From the IMG/VR virus record IMGVR_UViG_3300048597_000276, positions 1 to 53,909 of that record: DNA of 53,909 bases; one strand, given 5' to 3'. The notes below the pieces were generated by a model, which saw only the letters and a list, made by a program, of their open reading frames with translations, did no database searches and was not told the origin of the DNA. Made by a program: the position numbers and the translations under genes. The stretch comes from a virus (taxonomy: Duplodnaviria; Caudoviricetes). Each line of letters opens with the position of its first letter. Position 1 is the stretch's first letter. This document shows, piece by piece, positions 8,301 through 15,514 of this stretch.

Positions 8301-10582
8301 TCGGTGTGCGGCAGGATCAGCCCGGGCAGCGTGCCGATCTGGCCGGCGATGCTGTCCACCATGTCGGGGACGAGCGACTGGAAGGTGAGGAAATTGCCGG
8401 CGGCGATGAACGGCGCCTGGATCGCGTCGATGATGCTGCTGCCGGCCGAGGCGATCCGCGACGGCAGGCCCGTGAACCAGGTGACGATGTCGTCGCCCAT
8501 GCTCTCGACGTAGGCGACCGCACTCTCGGCCGTGGTGCTGAACCACTCCCCGATGGTGGCCGCGAACTCCGAGCCGAAGGTCGCCGCGTCGTCGACCAGC
8601 TCCATCAGCGAGCCGAGGATGTCCCAGCTCTCGATCTCGGCGTAGAGCGACTCGCCGGTGGCCTGCAGCCACTCCGAGACCGTGGCCGCCAGCTCGGACC
8701 CCCACTCGGCCACATAGTCGAGCAGCTCGTCGAGCGCGCCCGAGATGTCCCAGCTGGTGACCTCGTTGTAGAGCGCCTCGCCGGACGCCTGGAGCCACTC
8801 GCCGATCGTCGCCGCGAGGTCCGCACCCCACTGGGCGACATAGTCCAGGAGCTCGCCCAGAGCACCGCTGATGTCCCAGCTCGACACCTCGGCGTAGAGG
8901 TACTCGCCGGCGGCCATCAGCCATTCGCCGATGGTGGCGGCGAAGTCGGCACCCCACTGGCCGACATAGTCGAGCAGGGTGCCGAGTGCCCCGCTGATGT
9001 CCCAGGACGAGACCTCGACGTAGAGCGCCTCGCCGGCTGCCATCACCCAGGCACCGATCTCGGCGGCGAAGTCGGCACCCCACTGCGCCACGGCCGGGAT
9101 CAGCGTGGCCAGGGCAGCGGCCGCGTCCGACATGGCCTGCGCCACGATCGGCCCCAGGCCGGAGAACGTGCCGTCCCAGGTCGAGAACAGGTCGGCGAGG
9201 TAGGCGATCACCGGCCCCACTGCCGCGCCGACCTGATCGCGGAACAGGATGAGACCGGCCGCGAGTGCGGCCACGGCCACGACGGCAGCGCCGACTCCGG
9301 TCATCAGCGTCGCCAGCACGGTAGCGATGCCGGCCAGGGCCAGCACCACCGGGCCCGCCGCGACCGCGACGGCGGCGATCACCGTGGCCGTCTGCAGGAA
9401 GGCCGGGTTCAGCTGGGCGAGATCGTTGACCAGTTCGGTGAAGGCCTGGACCAGGTCCGTCGCCCACTGGATCAGGCCGGCGTTGGCGATCGCGATGCGC
9501 AGGCCGTCGAGCGAGCCCGACAGCTGCTCCATCGCACCGTTGTAGCCCTCCATCTGGGCCGCGGCCTGGGCCTGAGCGGTGCCCGTCTGGCTGACCTCAT
9601 CGCGCAGGCCGACATAGCCGGCCTGGCCCTCGGTGATGATCGCGTTCAGCGCGCCGAACGCCTCGCGCGAGAAGATGGCCTGGGCATAGCTCTGCTGCTG
9701 CTCCAGCGTCAGGCCGCCCATGGCCGTCGCCAGCAGGTTGACCACCTCGGGCATCGGCCGGAGGTTGCCCTGCGCGTCGTAGAACGCCGAGCCGCTGCGC
9801 TCGGTCCACAGGCCCAGCTCCTCCATCGCGGTCTTGGCGCGCTCGGTGGAAGGGTTGAGCCCGGAGAGCACGTAGCCGAAGGCGGTGCCGGCGCTGCCCG
9901 CGTCGGGGTAGCGCGAGGCGATCAGCGCCAGCAGCGTCGCCACGTCGTTGAAGGGGACGTTCAGCGAGCCGGCGACCGCACCGGCGCGGCTGAACGCCAG
10001 CATCATGTCCTCGAGGCCGAACTTGCTGGCGTTGGCCGCGTTGAGCAGCGCGTCCATGTAGCCCGGCAGGACCTGGGCGTTGCGGCCGAAGTTGAGGAAG
10101 GCGTCGGATGCCGCGGTCGCCGCCGACGCCAGAGGCGCGCCGGTGGCCGACGCGAGATTGACCGCCGCCTCGACCACGCCGCCGATCGCCGCCTCGAGCG
10201 GCACGCCCTGCTGGGTCAGGGTCAGCAGCGCCTGGGCCGCCTCGTTGGCCGAGAACTTGGTGTCCGCGCCGAGCCGCATGGCGGTCTCGCGGATCCGCTC
10301 CATCTGGTCGGCCGTGGGCTGCACGACCGACTGGATCTGGCGCATCGACGAATCGAAGTCGCCGGCCGCCTGCAGGGCCGAGGCGCCGAACAGTGCGATC
10401 GGTGCGGTGGCGACGCCGATGGTGGCGCCGACCCGGGTCAGGCTGGCGCTGGCGGCATCGAGCCGCGAGGAGATGCTGCTGGCGCTGTCGGCGAGCCCGG
10501 TAAGGCCCTGCTGGATCCGCGTCAGACCACCGGTAACGGCGTCGAGGCCTACGAGCTGTGTGACGATACTGACGTCAGGCAC
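5336..10582 (-). CDS. tail tape measure protein (TP901-like core)
   Basis: 1748 aa, Ala/Gly-rich helical; LGADTKFSANEAAQA motif; internal repeats. Confidence 0.95.
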   Translation of the reverse strand: MPDVSIVTQLVGLDAVTGGLTRIQQGLTGLADSASSISSRLDAASASLTRVGATIGVATAPIALFGASALQAAGDFDSSMRQIQSVVQPTADQMERIRETAMRLGADTKFSANEAAQALLTLTQQGVPLEAAIGGVVEAAVNLASATGAPLASAATAASDAFLNFGRNAQVLPGYMDALLNAANASKFGLEDMMLAFSRAGAVAGSLNVPFNDVATLLALIASRYPDAGSAGTAFGYVLSGLNPSTERAKTAMEELGLWTERSGSAFYDAQGNLRPMPEVVNLLATAMGGLTLEQQQSYAQAIFSREAFGALNAIITEGQAGYVGLRDEVSQTGTAQAQAAAQMEGYNGAMEQLSGSLDGLRIAIANAGLIQWATDLVQAFTELVNDLAQLNPAFLQTATVIAAVAVAAGPVVLALAGIATVLATLMTGVGAAVVAVAALAAGLILFRDQVGAAVGPVIAYLADLFSTWDGTFSGLGPIVAQAMSDAAAALATLIPAVAQWGADFAAEIGAWVMAAGEALYVEVSSWDISGALGTLLDYVGQWGADFAATIGEWLMAAGEYLYAEVSSWDISGALGELLDYVAQWGADLAATIGEWLQASGEALYNEVTSWDISGALDELLDYVAEWGSELAATVSEWLQATGESLYAEIESWDILGSLMELVDDAATFGSEFAATIGEWFSTTAESAVAYVESMGDDIVTWFTGLPSRIASAGSSIIDAIQAPFIAAGNFLTFQSLVPDMVDSIAGQIGTLPGLILPHTEAARDAIVTPFEEAQAQVESTSASIAANIRDADWGIEEKAALFAQLTGELETLGTDGRDALEAVRAVIDATFNDELTAILSDTSLTLQEQQAAVEDLMTVYDGMDERVVSPTERARDALEAMREQAAAMADVMETEVNAVLDSSGLLMEEQVALLEAIIERYREQGIVAPEELQKVQDEVAALNTEIAAQNDVLAGVNAALVDNIEQWGGWGIAAQDIVEGFSSSAQSALSEFFVTGELDLDAFLADMQRVFADEAAETVIAFASGALRDFLGFTAGAKTETASVGTAITDMTVASAGTWTEWLGGLGTSFAGLFAEGGTLSSMLDGAISLFSGFFDGTEGGWGSWLAGLGDSLGGLFGEDGFLSGALDTAMGLFDGFFGEGSGGMTTMISDMFGSISGLFGEGGSLGGLVDTAMGLFDTFFGSGSGGTASMVTDMFGSLSGLFGEGGSMGGLLDTAVSLFNTFFGAGSGGTTSMVSSMFSTLSGLFGGGGSLSGLMTTANSLLGGFFTSGTAGGTGMVSSLSGMFSGLFGAGGTLSGLFSGGAASFAALFSNPVVLAGAAAAAAIGLAFVAFGGEFGDVMDGIRSVATSAFEAVRTVASAAVSAMQSAFSALGSALSTIFSAMRSAATAAFDAIRTAFSALTSAMEGALRALASAASAVFTTILGAARTAFSGILSAASSAFTAIGGALATLARAAATAFTTLLNAGVSAFNQLLTFAARAIGGIISLLGQLAGQLSGIFNLARDVFGQVLSLGQNLASELVDIFGNVAGQVRNILGDIGSTVGGLPKVILNWIGTIGSDLGKGDIEDLLQGIGGFLGNIPGLDSIVDGISDVFDDIGDIFSDIFDFFHTGGKVGGQGDVPIMAEGGEFVINKAATSEWEPLLKAINSGRLSVSDLQDAWGKGARAMEMPFKAFATGGDALLTSPTLLLGGEQGAERVSFRPVAGGTDTLQRPIVFNGPVVADDMSMNKFSRTLLRRLEKENRRLRG
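6711..7370 (-). repeat. about 6 x 129-nt (43-aa) Gly/Ser/Phe repeats in the tape measure gene
   Basis: CCGAACAG anchors at 6711, 6840, 6969, 7098, 7227 and ~7356. Confidence 0.85.
8570..9090 (-). repeat. about 4 x 126-nt (42-aa) Trp-periodic repeats in the tape measure gene
   Basis: WGADFAA.IGEWL...SWDISGAL units; CCCCACT anchors at 8700, 8826, 8952 and 9078. Confidence 0.85.
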
Positions 10583-10596
10583 CCTGGCCTACTCCG

Positions 10597-10749
10597 CTAC
10601 CGATGGTTCCGCCGCTGTCGCTCCCGCTCGATTTCCAGACGCCGCTTCTGGTGGTGCAGGTACTCGATGTCCCGCCGGCTCAGGCAGGCAAGGTCGCGAG
10701 GTCCCCACCCCCACCACTCGGCGACGTGGAAAAGGGCGTCGAGGTAGGG
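10597..10749 (-). CDS. tail assembly chaperone -1 frameshift extension (gpGT-like)
   Basis: The -1 frame reads PYLDALFHVAEWWGWGPRDLACLSRRDIEYL...; it has no start codon of its own and ends just before the tape measure RBS. Confidence 0.75.
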   Translation of the reverse strand, partial: PYLDALFHVAEWWGWGPRDLACLSRRDIEYLHHQKRRLEIERERQRRNHR

Positions 10750-11063
10750 CGGTCGACCGGACCGGCGTCCTCCATCGCCATGGCACCGGCAAAGATCCGC
10801 TGGGCCTCGCCGATGCCGATGGCGTCCATGATCTGCTCGGCCGTGAGATCGGGGGCCGCCTTGCGGATCGCGTGGACCGTCATCGCCGTCATCGGCGCCA
10901 GGCTCATCTTGCCGTCGCGCGCGCCCATCGCGATCACGATCGGGTCGATGCCCTGGGCCTTGAGCTTCTCCCAGTCGCCGAGCTTGAACGGCAGCACCGG
11001 CGCGCAGTCGACGACGCGGTCGCCGATGCGGACCGTAAGGTTGGGGGTGTCCTGCGAGGGCAC
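10680..11063 (-). CDS. tail assembly chaperone (gpG-like)
   Basis: AGGAG followed by GTG at 11063; lies between tail tube and tape measure genes. Confidence 0.8.
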   Translation of the reverse strand: MPSQDTPNLTVRIGDRVVDCAPVLPFKLGDWEKLKAQGIDPIVIAMGARDGKMSLAPMTAMTVHAIRKAAPDLTAEQIMDAIGIGEAQRIFAGAMAMEDAGPVDRPTSTPFSTSPSGGGGDLATLPA

Positions 11064-11076
11064 AGAGGTCTCCTGG

Positions 11077-12039
11077 TCAGTAGGAACCGACGGTGGTGGT
11101 GAGGTCGAGTTGGAAGGCGCTCTGGAGCGTCTGGCTGTAGCGGCACTGGCCACCTACCTCGACGGTCTGGCGGCCGCGGCCACCCATGCCGGTGGGGAAC
11201 GCGGTGTAGACCACGCGCGGGAAGTCGAGCCGCAGCGCGTAGCTGGTGCCGGGCGGCATGATGTGGATCTGGACAGTCGTCTCGGACTGCTGGCGGAAGT
11301 TCTCGAGGTAGGTGATGTCCTCGAAGCCGACGTTGAAGCTGAGCCGGTTCGACGGCGTGCCCTGGCGGCGGATCTTCCAGATGCTGTCGCGGCCGGCGAG
11401 CGTGGGGATGCCCTCGAGCCCGTTCTCCCACATGAACGTCATGCTCTCGAGATCGGCGACGCCGGCCGAGCCGATCGTGATGGAGCACGTATCGAAGTCG
11501 AACACGCCCACGGTGGAGAACGAGGCCACCGTTGGCGCCTTGTTGGTGTAGGAGACCGCGATCAGGTTGCACTTCACCTGGAGCACGCCGTTGGGCGAGA
11601 TCGACATCTCCATCGAGTTGAAGTTGACGCCGGCGTAGGCCTGCGCGCTGCCGACGTCGCGGAAGATCTCGAAGGTGTAGGGCTGGGCGGCGAAGCGGTT
11701 GTCCCAGACGCTCTGCGTCGGCGACTTCCAGGTGTGCTTGTAGAAGCCCGCCGGTGCGCCGGCCGTGGCGACCGAGGCCGAGCCGAACATGCCCTTGAGC
11801 CAGTGGCCGTGCACGATCGGGTGGAACGGGGCCACCACGTCGCCGGCGATGCGCTGCACGCCCGCGCGGTCGTCCGGCTCGGCCAACCTGCCGATGATGT
11901 TGAACAGGTCGTAGCGATCGAAGTTGGCGCTGAGCGTCTCGCTCAGGGCCTGACAGTAGGCCGCGGGCACCACGGCCACGCCGCCGGAAGTCTCGGGACC
12001 GTAGCCGACATAGCCAAGAACGCCGAAACCACCAGCCAT
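11077..12039 (-). CDS. tail tube (major tail) protein
   Basis: N-terminal VGYGPETSGG motif, beta-rich 320 aa, synteny. Confidence 0.85.
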   Translation of the reverse strand: MAGGFGVLGYVGYGPETSGGVAVVPAAYCQALSETLSANFDRYDLFNIIGRLAEPDDRAGVQRIAGDVVAPFHPIVHGHWLKGMFGSASVATAGAPAGFYKHTWKSPTQSVWDNRFAAQPYTFEIFRDVGSAQAYAGVNFNSMEMSISPNGVLQVKCNLIAVSYTNKAPTVASFSTVGVFDFDTCSITIGSAGVADLESMTFMWENGLEGIPTLAGRDSIWKIRRQGTPSNRLSFNVGFEDITYLENFRQQSETTVQIHIMPPGTSYALRLDFPRVVYTAFPTGMGGRGRQTVEVGGQCRYSQTLQSAFQLDLTTTVGSY

Positions 12040-12048
12040 CGCCCTACC

Positions 12049-12516
12049 TCACGCGCTCGCGGGCATCGCCCGCACCTGTACCGCCACCAGCGTCTCGATC
12101 GCTGCGGCGAACCCGGTGCCCTTGGCACTCGAGCCGGAGATCACGGCCCCGGCCTCCAGCTCCAAGCTGCGCTGCAGACGCCCGCCCAGGGATCGGTCCG
12201 CGAGTAGCGCGTCCTCGACCCGGGCGATCATCGCGTCGCGCAGGCGCACCGCTTCCGCCAGCGTGTCGGTACTATAGTGGAAAACCCACACTGAGAAAAT
12301 GCACCTATGCCATGCTGTTTTTCCTGCCGCGATCTGCTGGAGCGCCGCCGGGCTTTCCCGCTCGACCATCGAGATCAGGACGGCCGGCAGGTCCTCGGGC
12401 GAGGGCATGTCGGGCTGTTCCAAGTAGACGCGCAGGTTAGCAAGGTCGGGATGCGAGCGGATGGTCTCGCTGATCCCCTCGCGGATCGCCCAGTAGTCGA
12501 TCGACGGGCTCGGCAT
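12049..12516 (-). CDS. tail terminator / completion protein
   Basis: Synteny; DALLADRSLGG motif. Confidence 0.7.
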   Translation of the reverse strand: MPSPSIDYWAIREGISETIRSHPDLANLRVYLEQPDMPSPEDLPAVLISMVERESPAALQQIAAGKTAWHRCIFSVWVFHYSTDTLAEAVRLRDAMIARVEDALLADRSLGGRLQRSLELEAGAVISGSSAKGTGFAAAIETLVAVQVRAMPASA

Positions 12517-12522
12517 CGCTTC

Positions 12523-13020
12523 CTACCTTCCGGCCGCGGTCAGCTGCGTGACGATGGCATTGACCACGTCCAGGGCCAGCTTGCGGGCGTGGGTGACGCT
12601 GGGCAGCAGCGGGCGGGCCGGCAGGACCCAGCGGCCGCGCCGCGCGCCGAAGTGGTGGTAGAGCGCGTACTGCGCGTTCGTGCCGACCGAGACCGAAGCC
12701 GCGGCCTCGTTGACCTCGGCCTCCTTCAGCACCTCGGCGTTGACGCTCTGCTGCAGGAGAGTCTGGTACGGGCTCGAGAAGTGCGACGGCGAGCGCCGCA
12801 GCGGCCGGCGCTTGATCGTCACCGGCGCCATGCGCTGCCACGGCTGGCCGCCCGCGACGTTGCCCGCCTCCTGGATGTTGAGGCCGATCCAGCGCAGCTG
12901 GCTCTGGCCGATCGTCTCCAGGATGTCGCGCACCTGCAGGATCGCCTGGACGCGGCCCATCTTGGCGATCGCCTGGCTGGCGTCGATGCTGATGCCGACC
13001 TGGGTGTTGTGGGCGGGCAT
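12523..13020 (-). CDS. virion morphogenesis protein (Mu gpG / P2 S family)
   Basis: GQPWQRMAPVT and VGTNAQYALYHHFG...LPARPLL motifs. Confidence 0.88.
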   Translation of the reverse strand: MPAHNTQVGISIDASQAIAKMGRVQAILQVRDILETIGQSQLRWIGLNIQEAGNVAGGQPWQRMAPVTIKRRPLRRSPSHFSSPYQTLLQQSVNAEVLKEAEVNEAAASVSVGTNAQYALYHHFGARRGRWVLPARPLLPSVTHARKLALDVVNAIVTQLTAAGR

Positions 13021-13032
13021 GTCAGCGTGGCC

Positions 13033-13239
13033 CTACCAGCGCCACCATGATCTGCTCGCCGTCGGTCGTGCTGGCTCGGCCGCCTGCTGGGCCTGGATCT
13101 CAGCCTGGGCCCGCTCGAGCATCGTGCGCAGGTTGCCCGCCACCTCGGCCAGCTCCTTGGCCTCGGCCGCGTGCGCCGCCAGCCGGTTCTGGAACAGCTC
13201 GAGCAGCTCCTGCACCTGCTCGATGTCAGGTCCCGCCAC
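13033..13239 (-). CDS. hypothetical coiled-coil protein
   Basis: Fills the gap in the late operon; helical. Confidence 0.5.
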   Translation of the reverse strand: MAGPDIEQVQELLELFQNRLAAHAAEAKELAEVAGNLRTMLERAQAEIQAQQAAEPARPTASRSWWRW

Positions 13240-13242
13240 GGA

Positions 13243-14736
13243 TCAGGCGTTCCACGCCCGGTTGATGAGGCTGGGTACCAGGGGCTCGCCGCCGCCGATG
13301 CACACCTGCCCCGAGCTGGACCTGGGGAGCGGCTCGTTGTGCTTGGGCATGTTGTAGATCGGGTAGAGGTGCGGCCGCAGCTTCTGCAGGTCGCTTTCCA
13401 GCAGCGCGCACTTGGCCTTGTCGGCCCCGAGCTTGTGCCCGACGCGCACCTGCAGCGTGGCACCGTCATCGCGCTTCTGGCCCTGGCCGTCGCAGGCCAC
13501 CGCCCCGCGCCCCCTCAGATTGTCGAACAGCCGCTTGCCGGACGGCGAGAGGCCCAGCTTCTCGCGCAGGTGCTCGTCCTGGCGACGGATGGCGATGATC
13601 GCCCCATAGGGGATGTCGCCCAGGTTGTCGCCCGCCGGCATGGGCCGGTCGGTATTCCAGGCCCGCCCGCACATGCGCTTGGACAGAACGTGGAGCGAGG
13701 CGGGGGCACCCACGCGGCTGTGCCGGGTGGCCGTGATGTTGAGGATGCAGTCGAACGGCGTCTCGCCGGTGGGGTCGAAGTCCTGCAGGAACCCACCCGG
13801 ATGGCACCAGTTGATCGCCCCTGGCCCGAAGGTGCCCGGGGTGTCGAACCGCTCGGCCACGTCCATGCCCGAGAGCTTGTAGCTCCAGACGTTGCGCGCC
13901 GAGGCCTGGGGGTTGCCGAAGGGGCAGTTGTAGCTGAACTGCGCGAAGACGTAGGCGATGGCATTGAGCGGGTCGCGAGGATCGCCGACCAGCAGCACCA
14001 GCTCGCTGTCGCCGTCGCCCTCCGGCGGATACTCGAACTCCGCACTCGGCAGCGGCATGGGCACGGTGATGGGCAGCCGGTCGCCGAGGCCGCCCCGGCC
14101 GTGGTGGTCCACCCGGCGCATGGGCGCGCCCGGCGGCACGACGAGCAGGTACTTTCTATTGATCCGCTCGTCGCTCAGCCCGATCCACTTCACCACCTCA
14201 AGCCGGCCACGGCTGCCGGGCTTGCCGTCGTCATAGGCCGGGTTCGCCACCAGCGGGTTCAAGGTCCCGGGCGGCACGCCATACTCGGCCCGGTCGCCGA
14301 TCATCCAGTTGCACATCGCGTCCCGCTCGAACGGGTAGCGCAGCAGGCTGGCCAACGTAACCGCCGGCTTCGGATCAGGATCAGGGTCAGGGTCAGGGTC
14401 GGGATCGGGATCGGGGTCCGCGCCGAGCAGATCGACGATCTCGCCGGCCATGCCTTCGAGGTCGCCGGTCTTGGCGGTCAGCTCGTCCATGCGCTCGCCC
14501 TGGGTGGCCAGCATCGCCGCGATGTCGGCTTCCTGATTCGCGATCATGTCGGCGGTATGCGCGGACTGCGCGGCCAGCGTGTCCTCCAGCCTCTTTCTCT
14601 GCGCGGCCTGGAGTTCCTCGAGCCGCGTCTGCTGCGCCGCCTTGGTGTCCTGGACGCGCGCGCCGAGTTGGGCGGCGTTGCGCTTGAGGGCCAGTGCCTT
14701 GCGGCGGGCGGCGGCGGGGTTACGGGGCTCGGGCAT
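13243..14736 (-). CDS. coiled-coil + (DP)8 linker + globular domain protein (possible neck/collar appendage)
   Basis: AGGAG RBS; located between adaptor and neck genes. Confidence 0.65.
   Translation of the reverse strand: MPEPRNPAAARRKALALKRNAAQLGARVQDTKAAQQTRLEELQAAQRKRLEDTLAAQSAHTADMIANQEADIAAMLATQGERMDELTAKTGDLEGMAGEIVDLLGADPDPDPDPDPDPDPDPKPAVTLASLLRYPFERDAMCNWMIGDRAEYGVPPGTLNPLVANPAYDDGKPGSRGRLEVVKWIGLSDERINRKYLLVVPPGAPMRRVDHHGRGGLGDRLPITVPMPLPSAEFEYPPEGDGDSELVLLVGDPRDPLNAIAYVFAQFSYNCPFGNPQASARNVWSYKLSGMDVAERFDTPGTFGPGAINWCHPGGFLQDFDPTGETPFDCILNITATRHSRVGAPASLHVLSKRMCGRAWNTDRPMPAGDNLGDIPYGAIIAIRRQDEHLREKLGLSPSGKRLFDNLRGRGAVACDGQGQKRDDGATLQVRVGHKLGADKAKCALLESDLQKLRPHLYPIYNMPKHNEPLPRSSSGQVCIGGGEPLVPSLINRAWNA
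14371..14418 (-). repeat. 8 x 6-nt degenerate repeat encoding (Asp-Pro)8
   Basis: cggatc aggatc agggtc x3 gggatc x2 ggggtc. Confidence 0.9.
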
Positions 14737-14845
14737 GGCTGTCTCCTAGCCGGAGGTCGTGGACATCACGCTTCGGGTGCGCTGGACCAGCATGAAGGCC
14801 GGCGTGAGCGCGGTGGTGCGCAGCAGCGCGCGGCGCAGCGCGCGC

Positions 14846-15313
14846 TCAGCGGCGATAGCTGTCGGGCCCATAGACATCCTCGAAGGGCTGGCCGATGAAG
14901 GTCGGCGTGTTGACGGCCGAGACGTTGCTCAGGACCTCGCCCGGGCCGTAGTCGCCCAGGATCGTGCCGGAGCCCGTCGGCAGGTAGAGGCTGCCGCAGG
15001 CGAGCTGGTCGAGCAGCTCGGCGCTGTGCTTCCAGCGCGCCGTCATGATCTCGTGGACGTCCTCGTCGCCGGTCTTGATGAGCCTGGTGCTCACCAGGCG
15101 CAGGGCCGCGAGGTCGCCGCAGATGGCCTCGATCAGCGGCGGCACCGGCGAGAACGGCACGGTGTAGCGCGACGCCAGCCGGCCATCGATGATCGCCTGC
15201 TCGGTGCCGATCAGGTCCGCGATCTGCGCGCTGGTCACCGCGGTCGAGCTGCCGATCGGCGGGTAGCGCCCGACCACCTGCTCCATCGTGCAGTAGGACG
15301 CCGGCAGGGTCAT
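14846..15313 (-). CDS. head-tail adaptor (Mu gp36 / DUF1320-like)
   Basis: YCT..., IIDGRLASRYTVPFSPVPPLIEAICGDLAALRL. Confidence 0.85.
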   Translation of the reverse strand: MTLPASYCTMEQVVGRYPPIGSSTAVTSAQIADLIGTEQAIIDGRLASRYTVPFSPVPPLIEAICGDLAALRLVSTRLIKTGDEDVHEIMTARWKHSAELLDQLACGSLYLPTGSGTILGDYGPGEVLSNVSAVNTPTFIGQPFEDVYGPDSYRR

Positions 15314-15510
15314 TCGCGCACGAACTCCACCCGCTCGATCTCGTTCAGCGGGATCAGCGCGCGCTCAACCGGATCCTCGACGCCCGCCGGGGGCGTGCAC
15401 CGGATCGAGAGGCACCCCGAATCGATCTCCCAGCCCGCGACGTGGAAGTAGGTGCGCTGCTGCGGGGCAGTCGTGGAGTTGTTCGGGTTGAAGCGGACGA
15501 CGGCCTTCAT
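15310..15510 (-). CDS. hypothetical protein
   Basis: ATG at 15510 follows the glycosyltransferase stop; ATGA overlap with the next gene. Confidence 0.6.
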   Translation of the reverse strand: MKAVVRFNPNNSTTAPQQRTYFHVAGWEIDSGCLSIRCTPPAGVEDPVERALIPLNEIERVEFVRE

Positions 15511-15514
15511 GGGC

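Noticed and set aside
14371-14418. Phase-variable microsatellite
   Set aside because: The unit is 6 nt (frame-preserving) with synonymous variation, consistent with a protein linker.
14746-14877. Small minus-strand ORF between the adaptor and the DP-linker gene
   Set aside because: About 42 codons, poor RBS spacing and no recognisable features; cannot be supported.
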